A DNA stretch of 52,819 nucleotides from contig PULU01000092.1 of assembly GCA_003551065.1 (NCBI GenBank), positions 1 through 52,819 of the forward strand, given 5' to 3'. Shown one piece after another: positions 1 through 9,200 of this stretch. The first letter of the stretch is position 1. The number at the start of each line of letters is the position of its first letter. This DNA comes from Thermoplasmata archaeon. GTDB lineage: Archaea; Thermoplasmatota; Thermoplasmata; Halarchaeoplasmatales; Halarchaeoplasmataceae. Both the position numbers and the translations under genes were made by a program. Below the pieces are notes generated by a model. It worked only from the letters and a program-made list of their open reading frames with translations. It did not search any database and was not told the origin of the DNA.

Positions 1-311
1 ATAGTTCTGTCATCGCCTTCACGCAGTGCCTCAGCGGCCAGCTCATGGGCGTAAAGCGGTGCATCGAGTGCTTCCGATAATTGTTCAGCCCCTCCAACGT
101 GATCGAAATGTCGATGAGATAGTATTATCCGGTCTATATCGAGTTCATTATCATCAACATAATCGACGACTCGTTTGATCGGACCTGCACCAGCGTCCAC
201 GATAAAATTCTTCTGAGACTTGATTATATAGATATTGGACGAGAACGCCTTGCCAGCTATCCTTTTGACTTTAACTGTAGATCTCTGCGAATCTCTCAAA
301 TGATCGGTCAT
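1..311 (-). CDS. MBL-fold metallo-hydrolase (glyoxalase II-like), 3' end cut by window edge
   Basis: Hand translation from ATG 311: [31 protein letters not shown]...IVDAG...[13 protein letters not shown]...LYAH; HxHxDH motif. Not in ORF track; start uncertain (overlaps upstream gene by 41 nt). Confidence 0.85.
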   Translation of the reverse strand, partial: MTDHLRDSQRSTVKVKRIAGKAFSSNIYIIKSQKNFIVDAGAGPIKRVVDYVDDNELDIDRIILSHRHFDHVGGAEQLSEALDAPLYAHELAAEALREGDDRT

Positions 312-462
312 AGGTTTCCTCCACGTCATCGGGGAATGCACAGGCCGGCAGTTCTTTGCGGGATAGGTGGTACTGGATACACTCGCAGCATATCCCTTTT
401 CTTGGACATCCAGGGTAAGAACAATTACAGTTATCCATATTTTCAGATTTTTGACACTCCAT
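271..462 (-). CDS. Small Cys-rich protein (DUF6485-like)
   Basis: [19 protein letters not shown]....LPAC.F......TYDRS pattern; BRE/TATA-like (AAAAAA-TTTATAA) about 35-45 nt upstream on the minus strand. Confidence 0.7.
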   Translation of the reverse strand: MECQKSENMDNCNCSYPGCPRKGICCECIQYHLSRKELPACAFPDDVEETYDRSFERFAEIYS

Positions 463-881
463 AATATCACGATTCGAACTTTGAGTTCATAGGGAGATTA
501 TAAATTTTTTGCGAGGATGAGTTTCAGCAGAACTAACTTTTCAGTCTTATGAAATGGTCTAGAAACGGATAATCTGGTGAATCGATATGAGTAATGGATA
601 TGGATAAGAGAGGCAAATCGATCTGATTTAGTAGATTTTCATTCATCTAGTTTGCTGAGCGTTCGTATAGTAGTCTTGTAATCACAAAGCTACTATGACC
701 ACAGCAGTGATGGGGCGAGGTGCAGGATTTTTTTCGCTATATCCTACAGATTATGGTGCAGGTTTGATGTGCAAGTTCATCCGTCCAACTTGACTGTTTA
801 TAGATTACAGGTAAATCTGAACCGCACTAAAATCGATATTAAATCAAATATAATAAAAAACATATACATTCAAAAACACCG

Positions 882-896
882 ATATATATATATATA
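882..896. repeat. (AT)7A dinucleotide microsatellite upstream of the surface-protein cluster
   Basis: ATATATATATATATA read directly. Confidence 0.9.
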
Positions 897-967
897 CAGG
901 TAGTCCTTTATGTATTGTTGAGAGTGATAAGATATCAAGCGATGTCTCTGAAAAGAATAAAGTACGG

Positions 968-1612
968 GTGATGGTGCTCACGATCGTATTGGTGCTGGTG
1001 GTAACCATGTTGATCACAGGGTGTTTGGAAGAGGAGGACCCGATCGAAGTAGAGGTAGATGAAGGATACGATGAGATAGTGATACCGGAGGAAGAGCAAC
1101 CGGATGAAGGAGGACCGGTAACTTATCCACAAAATCAGTCGATAGTGACAACTAATGTGAACAATGAGAGTTCCCTGGAATTTGAAGTGGAACCGAGATC
1201 TCTTAAGAGATCTGATGTTATAGATGCCCGGATCAAACTATCGGCTGAAGGAACATTTGAAGAGGAGTTAGACGTGAGCACTTTTAAGTTTAGAATATCA
1301 GAAAAAGAAGAAAGTGAAAGTCCATTTAATATTGCTCGAATTCATCCAGAGTATAGTCAAATCGATAATGGTGATCGTTGGCCTCATGATGAACAGCGAA
1401 CAGGACGTGCTATGGTAGGACCAGGGAATTTTGCGCACGAAGGTTATGACCTGGATTCAAATGAATTTTCAGTAGAAACGATGCTGTACTGGGAGATAGA
1501 TTCAGAAAATATAGGAGAAGAGTTTACCCTACAATTAGAAGCGATAGTAGGCGGACTTTCGGAGGATGTTTCAGCTACGATAGACATTCATTTAGAAGGT
1601 GGTGAAGAATAA
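968..1612 (+). CDS. Putative lipoprotein, surface-protein paralog 1
   Basis: Hydrophobic N-terminus ending in lipobox LITGC; acidic body; C-terminal motif W.I..EN....TL.L.A..GGLSE.V.ATI.I shared with the next two ORFs. Confidence 0.8.
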   Translation: MMVLTIVLVLVVTMLITGCLEEEDPIEVEVDEGYDEIVIPEEEQPDEGGPVTYPQNQSIVTTNVNNESSLEFEVEPRSLKRSDVIDARIKLSAEGTFEEELDVSTFKFRISEKEESESPFNIARIHPEYSQIDNGDRWPHDEQRTGRAMVGPGNFAHEGYDLDSNEFSVETMLYWEIDSENIGEEFTLQLEAIVGGLSEDVSATIDIHLEGGEE

Positions 1613-2667
1613 TGTCAGAGGAGAATAGAATTAGGCTGAAGGTGCTCACGATCGTATTGTTGCTGGTGGTGACGATGGTGGTCGTCGGTTATTATCAGAG
1701 AGAAGATGATGATAAAGAAGAATTGGAGATAGAAAAAGGTTCAGATGAATTGACGATCGAATATTTTCCTTCTGAGGGTGAGGTCGATGGAAGAAATTAT
1801 AACAAAAATAGTAATGCTACTACTCTCGTCGATCAAAATAATATTTTAGCTCTCGAAGTCGAAGTGTGGGATGTTAAAGCAGGTAGTCTATATCAGTATA
1901 TAGATTTAAAAATAAGAGGTGAAGGTAACTTTGAAGAAGATTTTGAGCCAGAAATACTCGAATTGAGAGCTCAGGGTAGAGATGAAGAAAATGCTTCGTA
2001 TAATTCTCATACTTTTTCTCAAGATAGAAATTGGCTAGAGACTGAGAATTGTTCAATTAAATATGATGAGGATTATACATCGCTTGGAAATTCTGGTGTA
2101 GAACCTGCAAAGTTAGGAGCTGATATAGAATCTAACAGATTTTTTGCTGAAAGTCGCTTTCAATGGTCGATACCTGATAGGAATTGGTACGAGTCTTATA
2201 CTCTCGAATTACAGGCGATTTTACATGGATTATCTGAAGAGGTAACAGCTAGTATAGATCTGTCGATAGATGTATACTCACAAGTTCAAGGTATGGAGGT
2301 CGAGACCGATAAAGAGCACTATTATACTAGTGATTACACTTCCGAAGAGGATGCTGAAGAAAACCAGTATTATGTTGAACCAAAACTCTATTACGAGTTC
2401 GAAAATCCGCAAATAGAAGAGGACCATCTCTACGACGTAAAGATATCTTTAAGATTAGATGATGGATGGGAGACTTTCTATGAAGGTGAAGACAAAATCG
2501 TGAATATCTCTTACGAAGCGGATTTTTCTTTGGAAGTCGACGAAGGTACAGAACAGCAGGAATATCAGGTAAGATTCACCATAATTTCGCAGGAGAGTGG
2601 ATGGGAATATGACTCTTCGGAGGATATCGAGATATCATTCTACGTGACAGAAGATGGGGGTGGATGA
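1612..2667 (+). CDS. Membrane-anchored surface protein, paralog 2, with extra ~130-aa C-terminal beta-rich domain
   Basis: TAATG coupling to paralog 1; same signal anchor; shared motif FQWSIPDRNW...TLELQAILHGLSEEVTASIDL, then an extension starting VETDKEHYY. Confidence 0.8.
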   Translation: MSEENRIRLKVLTIVLLLVVTMVVVGYYQREDDDKEELEIEKGSDELTIEYFPSEGEVDGRNYNKNSNATTLVDQNNILALEVEVWDVKAGSLYQYIDLKIRGEGNFEEDFEPEILELRAQGRDEENASYNSHTFSQDRNWLETENCSIKYDEDYTSLGNSGVEPAKLGADIESNRFFAESRFQWSIPDRNWYESYTLELQAILHGLSEEVTASIDLSIDVYSQVQGMEVETDKEHYYTSDYTSEEDAEENQYYVEPKLYYEFENPQIEEDHLYDVKISLRLDDGWETFYEGEDKIVNISYEADFSLEVDEGTEQQEYQVRFTIISQESGWEYDSSEDIEISFYVTEDGGG

Positions 2668-2671
2668 ACAT

Positions 2672-3283
2672 ATGAATTTATCCGAAGAAGCAAAACCTAA
2701 GTTGATGGTGGTCGCGATCGTAGCGATGCTGGCGGTTACGATGATCGTGGCCGGGTATCGTGATGAGGGAGATCCGATTAAAGTGGTTGAAGGATTTGAT
2801 GAAACAAACCTTGAATATCTACCAGAAGAAGTAATGTCGGAAAATTATCCCGCTGATCCGGCAACTGCACTTACATCTATCAACAACGAGAGTTATATAG
2901 AATTACACGTTGTACCTCGATCTATTGCAGCAACTGGCATCCGGCAAATGATAAGGTTGGTAATTATCGTAGAAGGAATGATAGATGAGGAGCTTGAACC
3001 CGAATATATTCTCTTAGAAAATGAAGTATCCCGTTCTTTCACGGATTTCATGCTTTCGGATACCATGCTAAATAATGAATCGATCTCGGAATATCATCCT
3101 CAAACAGATACTATACGTAGAGTAGGGTCTTATATACACACGAACGAATTCGTTTTTGAGACCTTGCTACAGTGGGACATATACCCGGAGAACTGGGGCG
3201 AACCTTTGACTTTAGAGTTAAAAGCTACACTTGGAGGATTGTCTGAAGAGGTACCAGCAACCGTCAATATTCATATAGAATGA
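2672..3283 (+). CDS. Membrane-anchored surface protein, paralog 3
   Basis: Start moved to ATG 2672 (MNLSEE; GGGGTGGA SD-like upstream); signal anchor; LQWDIYPENWGEPLTLELKATLGGLSEEVPATVNIHIE motif. Confidence 0.8.
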   Translation: MNLSEEAKPKLMVVAIVAMLAVTMIVAGYRDEGDPIKVVEGFDETNLEYLPEEVMSENYPADPATALTSINNESYIELHVVPRSIAATGIRQMIRLVIIVEGMIDEELEPEYILLENEVSRSFTDFMLSDTMLNNESISEYHPQTDTIRRVGSYIHTNEFVFETLLQWDIYPENWGEPLTLELKATLGGLSEEVPATVNIHIE

Positions 3284-3699
3284 GGATATGAAGGATAAAA
3301 TGTAACGGTTGATGACGAAATAGAACCTACTGATCATGATGTGTATTTTACATGCCCGATGAGGAATCGTATCATTTGAAGGACCTGACAGAACCTCGTT
3401 AGATATTATGATGTCACGTAACAATGTTCACGATATGACAGATGGGCCGTGACGGTGGACCTGATCCACCACACAATCTACCTTAGGGAGATGATACGTA
3501 GTTTGAAGAGAAGTAGTACGGACAACTAGAACAACCATCTTCCTCCCTAAACCCCTCTTCCTTTCCCCTTTCCGAACGATTGTTGATGTTGGATTTATTC
3601 AAAAGCCTCGTTGGTCCCACTCCAAAATTCAGATCTCGGTTCACCATTTAACATAACTTTCCGAAAAGAATAATTACCGTGACCAGTTCAGCATGAACG

Positions 3700-5616
3700 A
3701 TGGGAACGTTTTGTCAAAGATGTGGGACACTGCTTCCTCCAGATAAAAATGGATCGTACTGCCCAAGATGTAAGAGAGGAGGGATCAAGAAACAAAGAAA
3801 ACCGAAGATGATGAAGGATGAAGGCCCAGGATTATTTCCTTTCAAAGATGTTAGAGATGGACAAAAAGAATTCATGGACGATTCTGAACGAGCCTTCTCC
3901 CAGGGAAAAGTTTTGTTAGCACATGCACCCACGGGTATCGGTAAAACTGCAGCTGTACTCACCTCTGCCGTAAAATCAAAAACGGAGAACAAGAAGATTT
4001 TCTTTCTTACCAGTAAACAGTCTCAACATCGTATAGCGATAGATACAGTACAAAGTATGTCCTCATCTATCAACGCCATCGATATAATCGCTAAGCAGCA
4101 CATGTGTCCCAGGGAGGAATCAAAATTACCGTATCCAGTTTTTGAAAAGTTCTGTAGTGAGAAGGGGAAACAATACTGCAATCTATATAATCGAAAGATG
4201 AAAGATGTTTCAAACCAGTTGAAGGAGGACACGTTGCATGTACATGAGATAGTTGAGATGTGTAGTTCAAAAAACGTCTGTCCTCATAAAGCTGCTCTAG
4301 AAACCGGCAAATACGCAGATATAATCGTGTGTGATTACAATTATATCTTTTCGGACATCAGAGACCAGATATTGGAACAACTCGGTCTTGCCATAGATGA
4401 TTGTCTGGTCATAGTCGATGAAGCACACAACCTCCCAGATAGAGTGAGAGGTCACCTAGAGGAAACGATATCAACTCAGGTACTTCAGGAAGCACATGGA
4501 TTACTGAATATGTCTGATCCATCGCTAGCTAGCTTTATCAAAAGGCTGGTCATGGAGTTCGAAGAACTTGATATACAGGAACAACCTATAGAGAAAGAGT
4601 TCCTTGACGGCATTGTAGATGATGCCCTGAAAGGTGGTCTGATCCACGGCAAGGAGTTCGATACACTGCTGAAGGAATTGGAACAAGCAGCTAGTAGATT
4701 AGTAGAAGATGACCCAGCGGCTTCGGCCCCTTGGAGGGTCTTTTCGTTCTTCACTAAATGGAATAACGAGGGTCCTGAGATATTCAGAGGGTATCGACCA
4801 AATCCCCCGACATTCCAGGTGGGATTACTAGACCCTGCATATATGACAGGAGATATATTCTCACAGATCTCCGGAGCTGTTCTTATGAGCGGAACTCTGC
4901 ACCCTGGTGAGATGTACGCCGATCTTTTAGGTATCGACCGACCGATGATAAAAAGGTATGATTCTCCTTTCCCAGAAAAGAACAGAAAGATGATAAGTGT
5001 GAACAATCTCACAACGTCTTATAAAGAAAGAGGCCTACATATGTACCAGGCCTTTGCAAACAGTATCTCTGATGTTGCTAACAATGTCCAAGGGAACGTC
5101 GCTGTTTTCTTCCCCTCATACAATCTTATGGAGAAGGTCTCGAACAGACTCGAACTAGTACATCTCGATAAAGACCTCATACTGGAAGACAGGAGATATT
5201 CGAAGTGGGAAAAGGAAAGACTAGTAGATTCACTAAAACGCTCGGAAAACAATGTTCTGATGGGCGTCCAGGGCGGTAGCCTATCGGAAGGCGTTGACTA
5301 CGAGGATAATATACTTTCAGTCGTAATTATAGCTGGAATACCCTTCCCTCCTCCATCTATCGAATTGGATTCTTTGCAGGACTACTATACCGAAAAGTTC
5401 GGTGAACAAAAGGGTTTTGATTATGCAAGGGTGTATCCTGCTTTGAACCGTGTACAGCAGGCAGCTGGAAGGTGTATCAGGAGTAAATACGATAAGGGAT
5501 TGATCGTACTGATGGATAAACGTTTCAATTACGATATGTATAAAAATAAGATGCCCGATGATTTTGATTACGATATCGCCGATGACCTAAGATCAGAATG
5601 TGAAGAATTCTTTTAG
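3700..5616 (+). CDS. xpd: XPD/Rad3/DinG-family Fe-S DNA helicase with N-terminal zinc ribbon
   Basis: Walker A APTGIGKT, DEAH box, SGT, SEGVDY, QAAGRCIR; four Fe-S Cys (HMC, FC, YC, VCP); N-terminal CQRC...CPRC. Confidence 0.9.
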   Translation: MGTFCQRCGTLLPPDKNGSYCPRCKRGGIKKQRKPKMMKDEGPGLFPFKDVRDGQKEFMDDSERAFSQGKVLLAHAPTGIGKTAAVLTSAVKSKTENKKIFFLTSKQSQHRIAIDTVQSMSSSINAIDIIAKQHMCPREESKLPYPVFEKFCSEKGKQYCNLYNRKMKDVSNQLKEDTLHVHEIVEMCSSKNVCPHKAALETGKYADIIVCDYNYIFSDIRDQILEQLGLAIDDCLVIVDEAHNLPDRVRGHLEETISTQVLQEAHGLLNMSDPSLASFIKRLVMEFEELDIQEQPIEKEFLDGIVDDALKGGLIHGKEFDTLLKELEQAASRLVEDDPAASAPWRVFSFFTKWNNEGPEIFRGYRPNPPTFQVGLLDPAYMTGDIFSQISGAVLMSGTLHPGEMYADLLGIDRPMIKRYDSPFPEKNRKMISVNNLTTSYKERGLHMYQAFANSISDVANNVQGNVAVFFPSYNLMEKVSNRLELVHLDKDLILEDRRYSKWEKERLVDSLKRSENNVLMGVQGGSLSEGVDYEDNILSVVIIAGIPFPPPSIELDSLQDYYTEKFGEQKGFDYARVYPALNRVQQAAGRCIRSKYDKGLIVLMDKRFNYDMYKNKMPDDFDYDIADDLRSECEEFF

Positions 5617-5620
5617 ATGC

Positions 5621-6058
5621 TTAGTCTTTCTCTTCTTTTAAGAACCTCATCTCGTTCCAGAGGATCTCATGTTCCAGGTCGTTCTTATCTAAGAAATCGC
5701 TGATCTTATTTGTGATCATGTCTATTTCGGATTCTTCCTCATCGATCCTCGGGTAGATAAAGAATTCAACCCTATCTCTATCTATGGGGAAGATCATCCT
5801 ATACCTTGCTTCCCTGTTATGCCCCATAGGTTTCCTGTTCTGCTGCAGATCTTCCAGATTCATCCTGATAAGCATCTCGATATATTCTTCTCCACTGTCT
5901 TCTGGATATTGATCAGCGATATCCATGAATAGATCGAATAACTCGGGAAATATCGGAGCTAGATCTTTGAACTCTACTTCTTCAGCGAACCTGAATAAAC
6001 TGCTCCTCTTTATGATATCGAATTCTTTCTGTTTCATCTGATTCTCAACCCAATTCAA
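5621..6058 (-). CDS. Hypothetical acidic protein downstream of ileS
   Basis: 145-aa ORF with host-like composition, 28 nt after the ileS stop. Confidence 0.75.
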   Translation of the reverse strand: MNWVENQMKQKEFDIIKRSSLFRFAEEVEFKDLAPIFPELFDLFMDIADQYPEDSGEEYIEMLIRMNLEDLQQNRKPMGHNREARYRMIFPIDRDRVEFFIYPRIDEEESEIDMITNKISDFLDKNDLEHEILWNEMRFLKEEKD

Positions 6059-6086
6059 TTACCATTATTTAGTGATTTTCGTCCGT

Positions 6087-9000
6087 TCATTCGATAGCTT
6101 CCACCCAGATAGTGATATCCTTGCCATTTATGGACCAATCCTTTTCTAGTCCTTCACCACTACCTTCATCTAGCGTCTCAGAGAGGGTCTCGTTCATTAT
6201 ATAGCTCTTCATCTCCTCAACAGCCTCGTGAAGATCATGATCTCCTTTGTATCTAGTATGTATCTTCTGGGTGTATCCTAGCTCCAGGTCTTTTCTCATG
6301 GTCTGTATCCTTCTGACGACGTCTCTAGCTAGACCTTCGATCTCCAAGTTCTTATCGATATCTACATCCATGAAGACCTTTACCTCTTTACCTTCACTAG
6401 CCGTGTATCCGCTTTTGATATCCTCTAGTATCTCAACATCTTCTTCGGTGATATCGAAGCCGTCCAATTCAGCTTCACCTTCATCTAAAAGATCTTTCTT
6501 CAGTGAATTTGCATCAGCAAACTCGATCAGTTCAGCGACTTTATCAGCATCACCTTTAAATTTTGGTCCTAAAGAGGAATAGTTCGGTTCTATCCTAGTT
6601 TCGGTAAGACCACTTTCATCACCGGAGAAAACGAGTTCCTTGACGTTCAACTCGTCCATCAAAATATCTTTGAATATCTCGCAAGCTTCTTCAAAGGAGT
6701 CGTTCTCAGAGACCACTACTGCCTGGTTTAATGGTTGCCTGAGCTTGATGTTCTCCTGCTGTCTCGCATTCCTACCCAATTCAGCGATCTTTATGACTGA
6801 ATCCATGTGCTGTTCTAAACTCTCTTTGATATACTCTTCATCGCTCTCAGGATAATCCAACATATGCACGGATCCTGGACCATCTTCAGTTTCTTTGAAT
6901 AAAGACTGATATATCCTTTCGGATAAGAACGGGGTAAAGGGTGCCATCACCTGGGTCAGTGTCTTCAAGGTTTCATAAAGCGTATTATATGCACTCTCTT
7001 TTTCCTTATCAGTCCCTTCCCAGAATCTCCTACGACTCCTTCTGAGGTACCAGTTACTCAGATCGTCTATGAATTTCTCTATAGCCCTGGTCGATCTATG
7101 GACTTCGAGCTCGTCTAATCCATCTCTTACTTCATTGATAAGAGTATTTTTCTTGGATATGAGCCATCTATCGATCTGGTCGTTGACCTCGTATTCACCA
7201 GGTTCAAAATCATCTATATTTGCATTGCTGGTGAAGAAGGATACCACATTCATCAAGGTATTCAAGGTCTTACTGATCTTCTCGGATACCAGCTCATCAC
7301 TGAATTTTGTGGATTTCCAAACCGGTGAACTCAGGAAATATACACGAGTAGCGTCCGCACCCAAATTCTCTAGTACTTCCATGGGTTCCACAGCATTACC
7401 TTTGCTCTTGCTCATCTTTTCCCCATCTTCATCCAGCACCAGACCTAGAGTCATACAGCTCTTGTAAGCCGGTTCGTCGAATAAAAGCGAACTTATAGCC
7501 AATAGACTGTAAAACCATCCTCTAGTTTGGTCTAAAGCTTCTGTGATGAAATCTATAGGGAAAGCTTCGTCGAACCCATCTTCGTTCTCAAAGGGATAAT
7601 GAAATTGTGCGAAGGGTGCGCTTCCGCTGTCATACCAACAGTCGATCACGTAATCTACTCTTTCCATGGTTCTGGAACATTCTGGACATTCTAGCTTCAC
7701 CCTATCCACCCATGGTTTATGGAATTCAAAATCCTCTTCTAGCGGTTCTTTAGCTAGATCTTCTAACTCCTCTCGACTGCCGACACAGTGTTCATGCCCT
7801 TCATCACATATCCATATAGGTAATGGGGTTCCCCAGAAACGGTTCCTACTCAGTGACCAATCCTTCAATTCGTCCAGGAAATTTCCGAACCTACCGTGTT
7901 TAAGATGTTCGGGTTTCCATGTCACCATATCATTATTATCTATGAGTTTTTGTTTCTCCTGAGAAGTTCTGATGAACCAGCTTTCAAGGGCATAGTAAAG
8001 TAAAGGAGATTCACATCTCCAGCAGAACGGGTAAGTATGGGTTACAGTCTTTCTTTTGATCAGATCTCCCCTTTCATCGAGGTTTTTCATTATCCCATTA
8101 TCTGCATCTTTAACGAACTGGCCAGCATGATCCGATACAATATTCTTGAATTTACCATCTTCATCGACAGGATTCACCAGTGAAACACCTTCTTCTTTAC
8201 ATAATTCAAAGTCGTCTTCACCGAATGCTGGAGCTATATGGACGATACCCGTTCCTTCTTCTAAACTAACAAAATCAGCATGGGTAACATAGTGACTCTT
8301 ACTATCAGAATCCACATAATCGAACATGGGTTTGTATTCCTTCCCTAAAAGGTCCTCACCTTTCATGGTTTCAAGGACTTCGGCATCTTCGAATATATCA
8401 TCTACAAGCTTTTCTGCAAGATAGTATCTTTCTTTATCATGTTCAACCAAGGCATAGTTCAGATCTTTTCCCACGACAAGAAGAAGATTCGAGATGAGTG
8501 TCCAGGGTGTGGTAGTCCAGGCCAAAAAGTAAGAATCTTCATCTTCCAACTTGAAACGGACATATATCGAGGGGTCTTCCGTTTGTTCATATCCTTGAGC
8601 GACTTCGTGACTTGATAAAGGCGTCCCACATCTAGGACAATATGGGACAACTTTGTAACCTCTCTCTAGAAGACCGTTCTTCCAGTGCTGTTTTAAACTC
8701 CACCAAACACTTTCGATATAATCATCTCTCATGGTCACGTAGGCGTTTTCATAATCGATCCAGAAGCCTATCCTTTCGCTCATATCCTCCCATTCTTTCT
8801 GATACTTGAACACACTCTCTTTGCAGAGTTCGTTGAACCGTTCTAACCCGAACTCCATTATCTCTTCCTTCGTATCTATACCTAACTGCTTTTCGACTTC
8901 GATCTCGACCGGCAGTCCATGGGTATCCCAACCTGCTATATTTGGGACGATCTGATATCCTTCCATGGTCTTGTATCTAAGATAAACATCTTTAGCGACT

Positions 9001-9200
9001 CTCGTCAAAACGTGACCCATGTGCGGCATACCGTTGGCTGTCGGCGGTCCCTCTGTGAAACTGAATTTTTTATCTCTTCCCCTATCTCTAGAGTTCTCTG
9101 CGATATCATGTGATCTCCAGAACTCGAGTATCTCCTCTTCCTTCTCCGGTATCGGCGCATTCTTGTCCAAGGGCTTGAACTTCCCGTTATTTTCACTCAT
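6087..9200 (-). CDS. ileS: Isoleucine--tRNA ligase
   Basis: EGPPTANG.PHMGH (HIGH), GWDTHGLP, WTTTPWT, DQTRGWF, KMSKS. Start set at ATG 9200 with SD GGAGG at 9212-9208; the ORF track uses in-frame ATG 9233. Confidence 0.97.
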   Translation of the reverse strand: MSENNGKFKPLDKNAPIPEKEEEILEFWRSHDIAENSRDRGRDKKFSFTEGPPTANGMPHMGHVLTRVAKDVYLRYKTMEGYQIVPNIAGWDTHGLPVEIEVEKQLGIDTKEEIMEFGLERFNELCKESVFKYQKEWEDMSERIGFWIDYENAYVTMRDDYIESVWWSLKQHWKNGLLERGYKVVPYCPRCGTPLSSHEVAQGYEQTEDPSIYVRFKLEDEDSYFLAWTTTPWTLISNLLLVVGKDLNYALVEHDKERYYLAEKLVDDIFEDAEVLETMKGEDLLGKEYKPMFDYVDSDSKSHYVTHADFVSLEEGTGIVHIAPAFGEDDFELCKEEGVSLVNPVDEDGKFKNIVSDHAGQFVKDADNGIMKNLDERGDLIKRKTVTHTYPFCWRCESPLLYYALESWFIRTSQEKQKLIDNNDMVTWKPEHLKHGRFGNFLDELKDWSLSRNRFWGTPLPIWICDEGHEHCVGSREELEDLAKEPLEEDFEFHKPWVDRVKLECPECSRTMERVDYVIDCWYDSGSAPFAQFHYPFENEDGFDEAFPIDFITEALDQTRGWFYSLLAISSLLFDEPAYKSCMTLGLVLDEDGEKMSKSKGNAVEPMEVLENLGADATRVYFLSSPVWKSTKFSDELVSEKISKTLNTLMNVVSFFTSNANIDDFEPGEYEVNDQIDRWLISKKNTLINEVRDGLDELEVHRSTRAIEKFIDDLSNWYLRRSRRRFWEGTDKEKESAYNTLYETLKTLTQVMAPFTPFLSERIYQSLFKETEDGPGSVHMLDYPESDEEYIKESLEQHMDSVIKIAELGRNARQQENIKLRQPLNQAVVVSENDSFEEACEIFKDILMDELNVKELVFSGDESGLTETRIEPNYSSLGPKFKGDADKVAELIEFADANSLKKDLLDEGEAELDGFDITEEDVEILEDIKSGYTASEGKEVKVFMDVDIDKNLEIEGLARDVVRRIQTMRKDLELGYTQKIHTRYKGDHDLHEAVEEMKSYIMNETLSETLDEGSGEGLEKDWSINGKDITIWVEAIE

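Noticed and set aside
476-488. Palindrome GAACT-TTG-AGTTC between the TATA box and start of the Cys-rich gene
   Set aside because: Only 5-bp arms, expected by chance; no supporting copy in a similar position.
749-834. Hammerhead ribozyme reading of the three-way junction (TTGATGTG resembles CUGAUGAG)
   Set aside because: The CUGANGA core is imperfect and the GAAA after stem II is missing.
968-3283. Diversity-generating retroelement, shufflon or integron explanation for the paralogs
   Set aside because: No reverse transcriptase or recombinase, no near-identical template repeat, no attC-like sites; the copies are old and diverged at the DNA level.
3302-3379. Short frame ...DVYFTCPMR, as a metal-binding motif or a fourth decayed paralog
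   Set aside because: No start codon, too short, and similarity unconvincing.
772-3529. Weak inverted similarity (about 15 of 20) between the left and right flanks of the paralog cluster, as possible element ends
   Set aside because: Does not extend, no target-site duplication and no transposase or recombinase.
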